This document shows positions 1 through 8,792 of a stretch of DNA of 64,000 bases, piece by piece. Origin of the DNA: Candidatus Anstonella stagnisolia (GTDB lineage Archaea > Micrarchaeota > Micrarchaeia > Anstonellales > Anstonellaceae); assembly GCA_902384585.1 (NCBI GenBank), contig CABMCJ010000002.1, positions 156,179 to 220,178 on the forward strand, given 5' to 3'. The translations under genes were made by a program, and so were the position numbers. Below the pieces are notes generated by a model. It had not been told where the DNA came from. It was given only the letters and a program-made list of their open reading frames with translations, and searched no databases. Position 1 is the first letter of the stretch; every line of letters begins with the position of its first letter.

Positions 1-140
1 TCCTGCGGAAGCTGCGGCATGAGGGCGAAAAAGGCGGCGCAAAAAATAAACAGGAGTGCGACGTAGCCGCACACCCATTTCCAGAACTCCCTTATGGGAT
101 ACCAGCCAAAGCTTGCCCTTATCAGGCTGACGTAGTCCAT
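1..140 (-). CDS. Membrane protein, partial (runs off window edge); probable third member of a tandem paralog array
   Basis: ATG at 140 just after the stop of the preceding gene; reads MDYVSLIRASFGWYPIREFWKWVCGYVALLFIFCAAFFALMPQ with no stop to the edge; N-terminus resembles MDIDAGIRYA/MDFTESLKYS of the neighbours. Confidence 0.6.
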   Translation of the reverse strand, partial: MDYVSLIRASFGWYPIREFWKWVCGYVALLFIFCAAFFALMPQLPQ

Positions 141-144
141 TTGC

Positions 145-1053
145 TCACTTCTTTTTGCCCGTTTTTGCGCCTGGGAGGATGCTCTTGTAGATGAATGCAT
201 AGAGATACGCTTCCGCGCCTATCCAGAGTGCGGAAACAAGCATGCACAGCACAAATACTGCAAGGGCAGCCAGGACTGCAACGCCGGCTATTGTTGAAGA
301 GCCCAGGAGCGGCCCGAACGCCGATGCCGCAAACACGGCTGCGAATATGAGGGCAAGGGCGAGCGCAACAACTGCAACAAAACCGGACAGCGTGAACATG
401 AGCCTTGCCCCAAAGATTGTGAGCGATTTGTGCCACGTGAGCGCCCAGGATTTCTGCGAGCATGCGCCCATTTCAATTTTAGGGTTGCAGAGCGCGAGTT
501 GCGCCATCAGGGAAAGCCGCACGCCGTTGTATATCCATGCGATTATGAGCGCGAACAATGAGCAAAAGAAACAGCCGTATATTATGATTTGAACCGGCCC
601 TGGGCCGCCCATTAAGCCCGGCTGGCCCATAAGTAGGCGCGAATTTGCGGCGTTGAGGGCAAAAAGTATTATGCCCGCCAAGCCTATGAAAAACGGGACG
701 TAGAGGAGGAGCAGTTTCTTTGCCCTCCAGAAAAACAGCGTGTGCAGGCCAGCGGTTATGAGAGCAAGCAGTGCGTGCGCATAAAGCCCGGCGGAATATT
801 TGGCAGCAGTGAGCTTTTCAGACGCAAGCCTAAAATGCAGGAACTTGAGCAGGAAATAGGTTGTTGCAAGCGCCATCAGGATTGTGATTGCATAGCGCGA
901 AACTTTCTGGGCATCTCCGGAAAGCAATGCCATTGCGGCAACTGAAAGGGCCTGCAACGCCATCATCGCGATTGCAAGCAGGGCAAAATCAAGGTAGTGT
1001 TTTTTCTCCTTGAGCGCGCCGTATGCGTACCTTATTCCCGCGTCTATGTCCAT
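145..1053 (-). CDS. Multi-pass membrane protein of unknown function (paralog of 1055-1930)
   Basis: Several hydrophobic segments; shares FFWR.KKLLLLY and SW..T..K.L.I motifs with the upstream ORF. Confidence 0.8.
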   Translation of the reverse strand: MDIDAGIRYAYGALKEKKHYLDFALLAIAMMALQALSVAAMALLSGDAQKVSRYAITILMALATTYFLLKFLHFRLASEKLTAAKYSAGLYAHALLALITAGLHTLFFWRAKKLLLLYVPFFIGLAGIILFALNAANSRLLMGQPGLMGGPGPVQIIIYGCFFCSLFALIIAWIYNGVRLSLMAQLALCNPKIEMGACSQKSWALTWHKSLTIFGARLMFTLSGFVAVVALALALIFAAVFAASAFGPLLGSSTIAGVAVLAALAVFVLCMLVSALWIGAEAYLYAFIYKSILPGAKTGKKK

Positions 1054-1054
1054 T

Positions 1055-1930
1055 TTATCGCCTCGTTATTTTTTTGCCTTTTTTTCTTTTGGTGCCTTTC
1101 CCAGGCTGCTTTTTTGCGCCATTCAGGTTTTTGTAAATGTACACAAGTAGGAACGCGTGCATTGCGTAGAAAGGGGCGCTTAGTGCCCCGTCAAGGGCGC
1201 GCTGCATTAGCTGGTTTGGGAAAACCAGCGCGAACACGCAGCTTATGAGCACAATCGGGATTCCGGCGCATATTGTAAAGCATATTACGTATGCGAGTAT
1301 TGCGAGGAACTTGTTGTGCGTCGCATCCCACGAGCCCTGCGAGCAAAGCCCGAGGTCTTTTTGGGGGGCGCACAGTTTTATAAGGGGCATGAAGCACAGG
1401 CGGTAGGAATGGAACACGTACATGAGCATGAGCGCAAGCAGGCCGGTTATGATGAACAGCAGGCCAGGGAGTGCGCCTTCAAGCGCCATTTTTGCCTTTA
1501 GGGGGCCTGAGGAGGCTGAAACGCCCGCACTCGCGGGGAGTGAGCTGAAAAGCAGGATTGCGCCAATTATTGGGACAAGGTAAAGAAGGAGCAGTTTTTT
1601 GTCCCTCCAGAAAAAAAACACGTGCAGCATCTGCATGAAAATTGAGGACATGTAGCGGAGGTAAAGCTCGTGCGTGTATTTCCCTTTTGCGAGCCTTTCC
1701 ACTGACAGTTTGTAGTGGATGAATTTGCCCGCAAAATACCAGAGTATGAATGCAAAGAGGAAAGTGAAGAGCAGCACAAGGGAGGGCACTGCGTATATGC
1801 AAAGGTAAAGGAGCGCGCAAACCGCCATGAAAACGAGGTAAGTTGGGTAGAGCTTTTTTTCCTTAAGGGCAGAGAGGGAATATTTTAGGCTTTCCGTAAA
1901 ATCCATGCCGCCACTGCTGCTGCCCTCCAC
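1055..1930 (-). CDS. Multi-pass membrane protein of unknown function (paralog of 145-1053)
   Basis: Hydrophobic ORF with shared motifs (LKEKK.Y, FFWRDKKLLLLY) and a Lys-rich tail. Confidence 0.8.
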   Translation of the reverse strand: MEGSSSGGMDFTESLKYSLSALKEKKLYPTYLVFMAVCALLYLCIYAVPSLVLLFTFLFAFILWYFAGKFIHYKLSVERLAKGKYTHELYLRYMSSIFMQMLHVFFFWRDKKLLLLYLVPIIGAILLFSSLPASAGVSASSGPLKAKMALEGALPGLLFIITGLLALMLMYVFHSYRLCFMPLIKLCAPQKDLGLCSQGSWDATHNKFLAILAYVICFTICAGIPIVLISCVFALVFPNQLMQRALDGALSAPFYAMHAFLLVYIYKNLNGAKKQPGKGTKRKKGKKITRR

Positions 1931-1959
1931 GTTAAAAAGTCGGATATAAGCGTTAAAAA

Positions 1960-1986
1960 GCTTCCCTAAAGGAGCTTCCCTAAAGG
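1960..1986. repeat. Short tandem direct repeat GCTTCCCTAAAGG x2 (14-bp period) in the intergenic region
   Basis: gcttccctaaagg-a-gcttccctaaagg seen directly; gttaaaaag also occurs twice just before it. Confidence 0.6.
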
Positions 1987-2011
1987 CTGCTTGTGCGCGC
2001 CTTAAAGCGCC

Positions 2012-3148
2012 CTAAAACTGCTGCTCCCACATGCGCTTTGCAAGGGGTCCCTCGTGCATGAAGTCCCTTATGCTTTCTTTTGCGGCTTCCCGTTTCTCCT
2101 TGTGCGCTGCAAGGAACGTGTTTATCTTTTCTATGAGGGCTGCCTTCATTTCGCCGCTAAGGAGCGCCCCGCTTTTGTAGTCGTCATGCAGTTTTTGCAG
2201 CTTCTTGTCGCTTGGTTCAAAGAAAATTTTTAGCCACTGGAACGGAACATCTATGTCGGGATTGCCGCCAAGCTTGCGGTGCTCCTCCATGCTGCTCTTC
2301 CCCCCTGAGAATGCGTATTTGTTTATCTTGTTTTTCACTGCTTTTGCGTCGTCGGAGAGCCAGATTGCGCTGTCCGCTGCACTTGAGCTCATTTTCCCCT
2401 CAGTGCCTGAAAGGGGCGGGAGGAACTTGCTGTGTATTGCGGCTGTCTTGAAATATCCAAGTGACTCTGCGATGTCGCGCTGTATTCTCCAGTATGGGTC
2501 CTGGTCTATTGCGGATGGGATAAGGCAGCGCTTTTTCTCAAAGAAAGTGGGCACTATTTGGTACGCTGGATAGAAAGTGAGCCCTATGTTGGAGGAGTCG
2601 GTGAAGCCGAAAACAGCCTTTGCGGTGCTCATTGTTGTTTTCCTTGCGGTTTTTAGGAGAAGAGGGTAGACGTTCTTTATGTATTCGGAGTCCTTGAAGA
2701 TGAAAGTGCGCTTTGGGTCAAAGCCCGCTGCAATTATGTCAAGGATGTTTTCGTGCGAATATTTTTGGGTGTCCTCCCATTGCATGCCTTGCTTTACAAG
2801 GAACTTTTCATCGTCCGTGATTTGGATGTAGAGGTTGCACTTGAATTTGTCCTGGAGCCATTTTGTGAAAACGAGCGGGACTAAGTGCCCGATGTGCATG
2901 GGACCGCTTGGGCCCCTTCCTGTGTAAAGGAAAAAGCCCTTGCCTTTCTCGTGCTCGTCAAGTGCCAAATCCATGTCCCTGTGCGAAAAGAAATAGTCGC
3001 GCGAAAGCATTGGGTGCAATTCGCCTGCGCTTTTTTGGATGCGCTCCTTGAGTGCGGGGGAAATCTTCTTTGTGCCAAACTGCATAATGAGCTTGTCGTA
3101 GTCTATTGCGCCGCTTACGTCCCAGGGGGTTACGTTGAAATCCGCCAT
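2012..3148 (-). CDS. trpS: Tryptophanyl-tRNA synthetase (archaeal type)
   Basis: FFLYTGRGPSGPMHIGH, AIDQDPYWR, KMSSS motifs. Confidence 0.97.
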   Translation of the reverse strand: MADFNVTPWDVSGAIDYDKLIMQFGTKKISPALKERIQKSAGELHPMLSRDYFFSHRDMDLALDEHEKGKGFFLYTGRGPSGPMHIGHLVPLVFTKWLQDKFKCNLYIQITDDEKFLVKQGMQWEDTQKYSHENILDIIAAGFDPKRTFIFKDSEYIKNVYPLLLKTARKTTMSTAKAVFGFTDSSNIGLTFYPAYQIVPTFFEKKRCLIPSAIDQDPYWRIQRDIAESLGYFKTAAIHSKFLPPLSGTEGKMSSSAADSAIWLSDDAKAVKNKINKYAFSGGKSSMEEHRKLGGNPDIDVPFQWLKIFFEPSDKKLQKLHDDYKSGALLSGEMKAALIEKINTFLAAHKEKREAAKESIRDFMHEGPLAKRMWEQQF

Positions 3149-4032
3149 CAGAATTCCTCTTTGCGAAGTTTTTTTGATTTTTTTGAGGCAGTGGGAGGTT
3201 GTTCTGGTTGAGGGCTTGCCTTTGCTTGCGGCTTTTTCTGCTGCGGAACTTGCTCCTGCTGCGCGCCTGCCCTTGCCTTTTGCTGCGCGGGTGCCTGATC
3301 GTGCTGCGCATATTGCTGCTCTTCCCCAAACCCTGCAAGGGAAAAGCCGGATGCATCAAGCTTTGCCTCAAATGCGCCATGCTGGTGCGCGCAGCCGCGC
3401 AGCTTTACTACCTCTATTGCGCGCACCCTTCGCCCGTCCGCGGTGCGCTCAAATGTGAGATGGATAAGGCCGTCAGAGAAGGACTCTATTCCTGAGGAGG
3501 AGCGCGGGACGCTGCTGTTCGCGGAAATGTCCTCCGCAGTCACCATTATTGTCACGTTCCATTTCCTCAAAGCCTGCACGAGCTTCATCAGGTTGCGCAT
3601 GCGCTCGTCGGATTCCGGGAAAAGGACTGCGAAAGGCGTAATGGAGTCTATTGCAACGCGCTTTATGTCAAGGGAATCTATGAGGTCGCGTATTGCGCCC
3701 TCCTGCTCTATGAAATGCTCAAGCTCGTTGTGGGGGTATTCTATGAAAACGAACTTCTTTTGTTGCTCAAGCTCGGGAAGGTCCCAGCCGAAGGGAAGCG
3801 CGTTTGCAAAAAAATTGCCTTTTTGCTGGTCAAAGGAGATGAGGAGCCCGTTCTCGCCCTCCTCGATGCCGTTTACGAGGAACTGGAGCGCAAAGGTTGT
3901 CCTGCCCGAGCCGGTCGGGCCTATTACGGAGCATATGCTGCTTCGATTAAAGCCCCCGCCTGTGAGCTCGTCAAGCCCCGGAATTCCGCTTTTCACTTTT
4001 GCAGAGAGGATTTTTGCCATTGTTCCACTCAT
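3148..4032 (-). CDS. Single-domain KaiC/RecA-superfamily ATPase with Gln/Pro/Lys-rich C-terminal tail
   Basis: SGIPGLDELTGGG, GPTGSGRTT, RVAIDSIT, IEVVKLRG. Confidence 0.9.
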   Translation of the reverse strand: MSGTMAKILSAKVKSGIPGLDELTGGGFNRSSICSVIGPTGSGRTTFALQFLVNGIEEGENGLLISFDQQKGNFFANALPFGWDLPELEQQKKFVFIEYPHNELEHFIEQEGAIRDLIDSLDIKRVAIDSITPFAVLFPESDERMRNLMKLVQALRKWNVTIMVTAEDISANSSVPRSSSGIESFSDGLIHLTFERTADGRRVRAIEVVKLRGCAHQHGAFEAKLDASGFSLAGFGEEQQYAQHDQAPAQQKARAGAQQEQVPQQKKPQAKASPQPEQPPTASKKSKKLRKEEF

Positions 4033-4520
4033 TTCTGTTTTTTCCTTTCAAGCAAATTCTTCCCAAGCGCCATGCGCTGCTCAAGCTTCCTTGAGTAAAG
4101 GGCGTTCTCCTCTGGGGTGAGCCCTTTTTGCATAAGTATGCTTGCGAATTGCGATGAGAGTTGCGCAACTGAGAGGAGCGCCTCCTGAAGCTCGCCCAAT
4201 GAGAGTTTTACCTCGTGCGGGCGCAGTATCTCTATCCCGATTGGGGAATATTGGGCGCAAATCCTTGTGAAGGAGGGCAGGTCTTTTATGAGCATCTTCA
4301 CTTCCGCGGATGCGGAAAATAGGTCGTCGTGCACGATTGGCTTGTCAATGTCGCCAAGCGCGTATATCACGCCGTCTTCCTTTGTGAGCTTTGCAATGAA
4401 GCCCACCATTATGTTCTTCACTGCTTCCTCTGAGGAGGCGTGCATGTCAAAGTATAAGAGGCACAGATAGCCGCCGTCCTCTATTGCCTCGTTTGTAATC
4501 TCGTCAACTGATTTTGCCAT
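4029..4520 (-). CDS. Conserved hypothetical archaeal protein
   Basis: Coherent ORF (MAKSVDE...) whose stop overlaps the kaiC-like start; YSPIGIEILRP motif. Confidence 0.75.
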   Translation of the reverse strand: MAKSVDEITNEAIEDGGYLCLLYFDMHASSEEAVKNIMVGFIAKLTKEDGVIYALGDIDKPIVHDDLFSASAEVKMLIKDLPSFTRICAQYSPIGIEILRPHEVKLSLGELQEALLSVAQLSSQFASILMQKGLTPEENALYSRKLEQRMALGKNLLERKKQK

Positions 4521-4575
4521 AAGAACACTCTCGTAAGTAGGATGCGGAATTGAGCTTTTTAAGGATTTGTTTCTT

Positions 4576-5190
4576 TTAGGGCTTGTTGCGCCTTGCAAGC
4601 TCCCTGTTTATGTCCCCTATGCTTATTCCTGCTGCGTATGCAAGCGCAAGAGTGTGGTAGAGCAGGTCTGCAGCTTCCCATGTGATGTCCTTTTTGCCCT
4701 TCTCTTGAACTGCCTCTATGAGCTCTTCGGACTCCTCGCGCACCTTTGAAATGGAAAGGGACTTGCTGCGCAGGAGTTTGGCAGTATATGAGCCGGCAGG
4801 TGCGTTCTTTTTTCTTTCCTCTATGAGCTGCGCTAGCGAGAGCAGGGTGAAATCAGGCTCGCCAAAGCAGGCTTTTTCCCCAGTGTGGCATGCGACGCCC
4901 TTTTGCTTCACAGTGAAGAGAAGAGCGTCAGAATCACAGTCCTTTTTCACAGAGAGCACTTGCTGCGTATTGCCGCTTTGCTCGCCTTTTTTCCAGAGGC
5001 GCTTTCTGCTCCTGCTAAAGTAGTGCATAAAACCGGTCGTGAGGGTGAGAAGGAGGGCGCGCTTATCCATGAAGGCGACCATAAGAACGTCCTTTGCGCT
5101 GTTTTGAACTACTGCTGCAGCTAGCCCGTTGCATTTTGAAAAATCAACGGAATTTGCAAATTTTTCTGCTGCGGTTTTTGAGAATTTCAT
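4576..5190 (-). CDS. hisIE: Bifunctional phosphoribosyl-AMP cyclohydrolase / phosphoribosyl-ATP pyrophosphatase
   Basis: SRSRKRLWKKGEQSGN, DCDSDALL, ACHTG, then GSYTAKL..KVREE..E and EAADLLYH. Confidence 0.95.
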   Translation of the reverse strand: MKFSKTAAEKFANSVDFSKCNGLAAAVVQNSAKDVLMVAFMDKRALLLTLTTGFMHYFSRSRKRLWKKGEQSGNTQQVLSVKKDCDSDALLFTVKQKGVACHTGEKACFGEPDFTLLSLAQLIEERKKNAPAGSYTAKLLRSKSLSISKVREESEELIEAVQEKGKKDITWEAADLLYHTLALAYAAGISIGDINRELARRNKP

Positions 5191-5202
5191 GGTTTTGCCC
5201 GC

Positions 5203-5952
5203 TTACCTGACTGCTATTTTCAAGCTCTTTAAGCCTTTTTTGAGTTTTTCCACTGTTGTTTCTTTCCTGTGGAGAATTCCTGCGAGAAGCGCGGCATCCG
5301 CGCCGCTTTTGAGGACTTTTGCAATATCGCGTGCGCTGCCCGCGCCGCCGGATGCGATTACTGGGATATTGACTGCGCGGGAGACTGCTGCATTCAGCCC
5401 AACGTCATACCCGGAATTTGAGCCGTCCTTGTCCATGCTTGTGAGAAGGATTTCGCCCGCGCCAAGGGAAGCTGCCTTCTTTGCCCAGGAGATTGCGTCT
5501 ATTCCTGTATCTTTTCTTCCCCCGTATGTGAAAACAGTCCAGCTATTTTGGGAGCGTTTTGCGTCTATTGCTACCACGACTGCCTGCGAGCCGAATTTCC
5601 TTGCGATTTTGGAGATGAGTGCGGGGTTTTCGACTGCGGCAGTATTTATGGAAATTTTGTCCGCGCCGTTTTGGAGGATTTCGCCTGCATCAGAGGGCGT
5701 GCGTATGCCCCCGCCCACTGTGAAGGGGATGAAGATCTCCTGTGCAACCGCGCGTGTGAGGCGCTTTATTGTGCCACGCCCCTGCGCGGAAGCTGCAATA
5801 TCGAGGAACACCAGCTCGTCCGCGCCTTCCCTGTAGTATTTTTTTGCAAGGGAGAGCGCATCCCCTGCGTACGCTAGGCGCTTGAAGGATTTTCCTTTCA
5901 CGACCTTGCCGCCCTTAACGTCAAGGCAGGGGATTATGCGCTTAAGTTGCAT
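5203..5952 (-). CDS. hisF: Imidazole glycerol phosphate synthase cyclase subunit
   Basis: RIIPCLDV, GADELVFLDI, GAGEILLTSMDKDG. Confidence 0.97.
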   Translation of the reverse strand: MQLKRIIPCLDVKGGKVVKGKSFKRLAYAGDALSLAKKYYREGADELVFLDIAASAQGRGTIKRLTRAVAQEIFIPFTVGGGIRTPSDAGEILQNGADKISINTAAVENPALISKIARKFGSQAVVVAIDAKRSQNSWTVFTYGGRKDTGIDAISWAKKAASLGAGEILLTSMDKDGSNSGYDVGLNAAVSRAVNIPVIASGGAGSARDIAKVLKSGADAALLAGILHRKETTVEKLKKGLKSLKIAVR

Positions 5953-5954
5953 AT

Positions 5955-6653
5955 CTAACGACCCGCTTCAATTGCCTCTTTCAGACTTATTTTTCCTGTG
6001 TAAAGCGCCTTTCCTATTATGCAGCCGTCAGCGCCCGCTTTCTTTACAGCGCGCACGTCCTCAAGGGAGGAGATGCCACCGGAGATAAAGAGCTTTTTTG
6101 AAACTGTTTTCCTCATTTGCTTTATTGCATCTGTGTCTGGGCCTTCAAGCATCCCATCGCGCGCAATGGAAGTGAATATTATGCGGCTGCAGAAGGGCTG
6201 TGCGGTTTTTGCGAATTCATAAGCATCGATTCCGGTATCCTTGAGCCAGCCGTTCGTGGAGATTTTCCCATCCCGCGCATCTATTGCGATTGCGATTTTT
6301 TTCGCGAATGGCTTAAGCGAAGAAAGGAACTTTTCGTCGTTCACTGCCGCGCTTGAGATAATGGGCGTTGCGGCTAGGGAGAGTATTTTATTCACGCTCT
6401 CGATTGTGCGTATGCCTCCCCCTATTTGCATCAGGCAGATGTAGCTGAGCTGGTCTAGGATGTCGAAGTTAGTGAGATTCCCGTTTTTTGCGCCTTCCAA
6501 ATCAACAACGTGCACAAGCTTCGCACCCTGGGACACGAACTCGCGCGCGGTTTCTGCGGGCGAATCCGAATACTCTTTTGCGCTTGTGTAGTCCCCTTGC
6601 GTAAGCCTTACGCATTTTTTCCTCAGGAGGTCTATTGCCGGTATTACTTGCAT
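5955..6653 (-). CDS. hisA: ProFAR isomerase
   Basis: VIPAIDL...CVRLTQG, HVVDLEGA, QIGGGIR, TSIARDGML. Confidence 0.95.
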   Translation of the reverse strand: MQVIPAIDLLRKKCVRLTQGDYTSAKEYSDSPAETAREFVSQGAKLVHVVDLEGAKNGNLTNFDILDQLSYICLMQIGGGIRTIESVNKILSLAATPIISSAAVNDEKFLSSLKPFAKKIAIAIDARDGKISTNGWLKDTGIDAYEFAKTAQPFCSRIIFTSIARDGMLEGPDTDAIKQMRKTVSKKLFISGGISSLEDVRAVKKAGADGCIIGKALYTGKISLKEAIEAGR

Positions 6654-6654
6654 A

Positions 6655-7317
6655 TTATGCACCTTTTGCACGCGCGCTTGCCCGCATTTGCTGCACGCTG
6701 CTTGCCAGTTCTGCCTGCCGCTTTTTTGCCTGTGTGGCTATTTTCACGAAGTTGCTCAAAAGCTTAAGCCCGCACGCGCCGCTTTTCTCCGGGTGGAACT
6801 GCACCGCAAAGAGGTTTTCGCGCTCTAGCGATGCAACGAAATTCTCTTTGCCTGCTTTTGAGAACGAACTTGCATTTTCGCTTTCCTTTATTGCGTAGGA
6901 GTGGCAGAAATAGAAAATCGGGGAACGTATGCCGGAAAAAAGCCTTCCTTTGCGCACTTTCACTTCCCGCCAGCCAACATTGGGAAGCTTTTTGCATTTG
7001 AGCCTGCGCACCTTTCCTGAAAAAATTCCAAGCGCGCTTCCCCTTGCCTCTTCGCTCTCTTCAAAGAGGAGCTGCATGCCCAAACAGATGCCAAGAAAGG
7101 GCTTTTTTGAGATTGAATCCAAAATTGGCTTTCGCAGTTTTGCGAGCCTCTTTGCACATGAAAAAGAACCGACGCCCGGAAGGACTATTGCATCCGCTTT
7201 TTGCAAATCTTTTCCTGTTTTTGCAATGGAAACGTCCGCCCTGCATTTTCTTAGTGCATTCGCTGCGCTGCCGATGTTGCCTGCACCGTAATCTATTATT
7301 GCAATTTTGAGTTCCAT
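6655..7317 (-). CDS. hisH: Imidazole glycerol phosphate synthase glutaminase subunit
   Basis: IIDYGAGN, PGVGSF, GICLGMQ, QFHPEKS. Confidence 0.96.
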   Translation of the reverse strand: MELKIAIIDYGAGNIGSAANALRKCRADVSIAKTGKDLQKADAIVLPGVGSFSCAKRLAKLRKPILDSISKKPFLGICLGMQLLFEESEEARGSALGIFSGKVRRLKCKKLPNVGWREVKVRKGRLFSGIRSPIFYFCHSYAIKESENASSFSKAGKENFVASLERENLFAVQFHPEKSGACGLKLLSNFVKIATQAKKRQAELASSVQQMRASARAKGA

Positions 7318-7324
7318 TTTATCA

Positions 7325-8161
7325 CTATTTTACTATCCTCTCTATATCGAGCAAGAGAATGTCGCTTGCGCCCGCTTGCTTGAGGTTGTAGATGAGCGAA
7401 TTTATGCCCCTGCGCTGCACAACGGAGTGCAGGGCAAACATCCCTTTTGCAGCAAGTGGCATCATGGTGGGCGATTTCATGCCTCCAAGCAAATTCGCAA
7501 CCGCCTCGAGGTTTTTCTCCTGCACGTTGAGCATTAGGTATGCCTTTTCCTCTGCGAGAAGAACGCCCTTTATGGAAAGTGCGAGCTCTTCGGTTTTTTG
7601 CCGCGAGGCATCGGAGCATATGAGCACTGCCTGGGAATCCATTATTTTTTCAAGTTCGCACAGGTTGTTGAGCGCAAGTGTTGAGCCCGTGCTCACTTGG
7701 TCTATTATTGCGTCTGCAATTCCAAGATAGGGAGTGAGCTCTGTTGCGCCCGCAACCTTGAGTATTTTTACGCTCATGCGTTTTGAGGCAAAAAAAGAAG
7801 AGGCGATTTTGGGAAGCCGCGTTGCGATTGTCTTTCCCCCAAGGGATTGGAGGGTTGCGCCTTTTTTTGAAGCAAGCGAGATGCGGCATTTCCCAAAGCC
7901 AAGCGGGCAAAGCTGCTGCACTTTTGCGCCCGCTTCCGCTATCATGTCGGAGCCTGTTATGCCGCAGTCCGCTGCCCCGCTCTCCACGTACTTGGGAACG
8001 TCGTCTGCGCGCGCAAAGAGGATTGTGCATGAGCCATCCGCGCTTTTTACAAAGAGGGAGCCGTTGGACTCCTCTATTTCAATCCCTGCTGCGCGAAGCA
8101 GCGCTAAGGAAGGCTCGCGCAGCCTGCCTTTGTTTGGTATTGCTATTTTCAACGTGTTCAT
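7325..8161 (-). CDS. hisG: ATP phosphoribosyltransferase (long form)
   Basis: KIAIPNKGRL, DCGITGSD, D.VSTGSTL..NNL; C-terminal regulatory domain present. Confidence 0.96.
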   Translation of the reverse strand: MNTLKIAIPNKGRLREPSLALLRAAGIEIEESNGSLFVKSADGSCTILFARADDVPKYVESGAADCGITGSDMIAEAGAKVQQLCPLGFGKCRISLASKKGATLQSLGGKTIATRLPKIASSFFASKRMSVKILKVAGATELTPYLGIADAIIDQVSTGSTLALNNLCELEKIMDSQAVLICSDASRQKTEELALSIKGVLLAEEKAYLMLNVQEKNLEAVANLLGGMKSPTMMPLAAKGMFALHSVVQRRGINSLIYNLKQAGASDILLLDIERIVK

Positions 8162-8198
8162 TCTATCACCTTGCTTTGCGCATTGCGCAAGCGCATTT

Positions 8199-8792
8199 TC
8201 ATATCATCCCTTTTGTACTCGGAATTTTGCCCTCTGCATTCTTGCTTACGCTAACTGCCTGCGAAAGGGCTTTTGCAAAGCCCTTGAAAATCCCCTCGCA
8301 CTTGTGGTGGTCGTTCCCATCGTAGAGATTGCGTATGTGCAAATTGCATCTTGCGCCCTGCACAAAGCCTGCAAAGAACTCCTTTATGAGGTCGGACTGG
8401 AGCTCTCCTATGAATTCGCGCTCAAACCTTGCATCAAAGTTAAGGTATGCCCTTCCTCCGAAGTCAAGTGCGATGCACGAAAGCGTTTCATCCATAGGGT
8501 ATGCAAAGAGAAAGGAGCCTGCGCGGGAAATACCTTTTTTGTCCCCTAGGGCTTGCGAAAAGGCACTGCCAAGCGCTATCCCTACATCCTCTACAAGGTG
8601 GTGCTGGTCCACCTCAAGGTCCCCTTTTGCAACTAGGGTGAGGTCGAATAAGCCGTGCTTTGCAAAGGAGAGAAGCATGTGGTCAAAGAAGCCGATGCCG
8701 GTTTGCACGCTTGCATCGCCCTTGCCGTCCAGGTTAAGCTTAAGGGAAATCTGCGTCTCTTTTGTATTCCTTTCTATTTTTGAAATTCTCAT
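8199..8792 (-). CDS. hisB: Imidazoleglycerol-phosphate dehydratase (monofunctional)
   Basis: RNTKETQI, TGIGFFDHML, DQHHLVED, NDHHKCE; ATG overlaps the hisC stop (ATGA at 8789-8792). Confidence 0.96.
   Translation of the reverse strand: MRISKIERNTKETQISLKLNLDGKGDASVQTGIGFFDHMLLSFAKHGLFDLTLVAKGDLEVDQHHLVEDVGIALGSAFSQALGDKKGISRAGSFLFAYPMDETLSCIALDFGGRAYLNFDARFEREFIGELQSDLIKEFFAGFVQGARCNLHIRNLYDGNDHHKCEGIFKGFAKALSQAVSVSKNAEGKIPSTKGMI

Noticed and set aside
1931-2011. CRISPR-like repeat
   Set aside because: Only two adjacent 13-bp units, no spacers and no cas genes in the window
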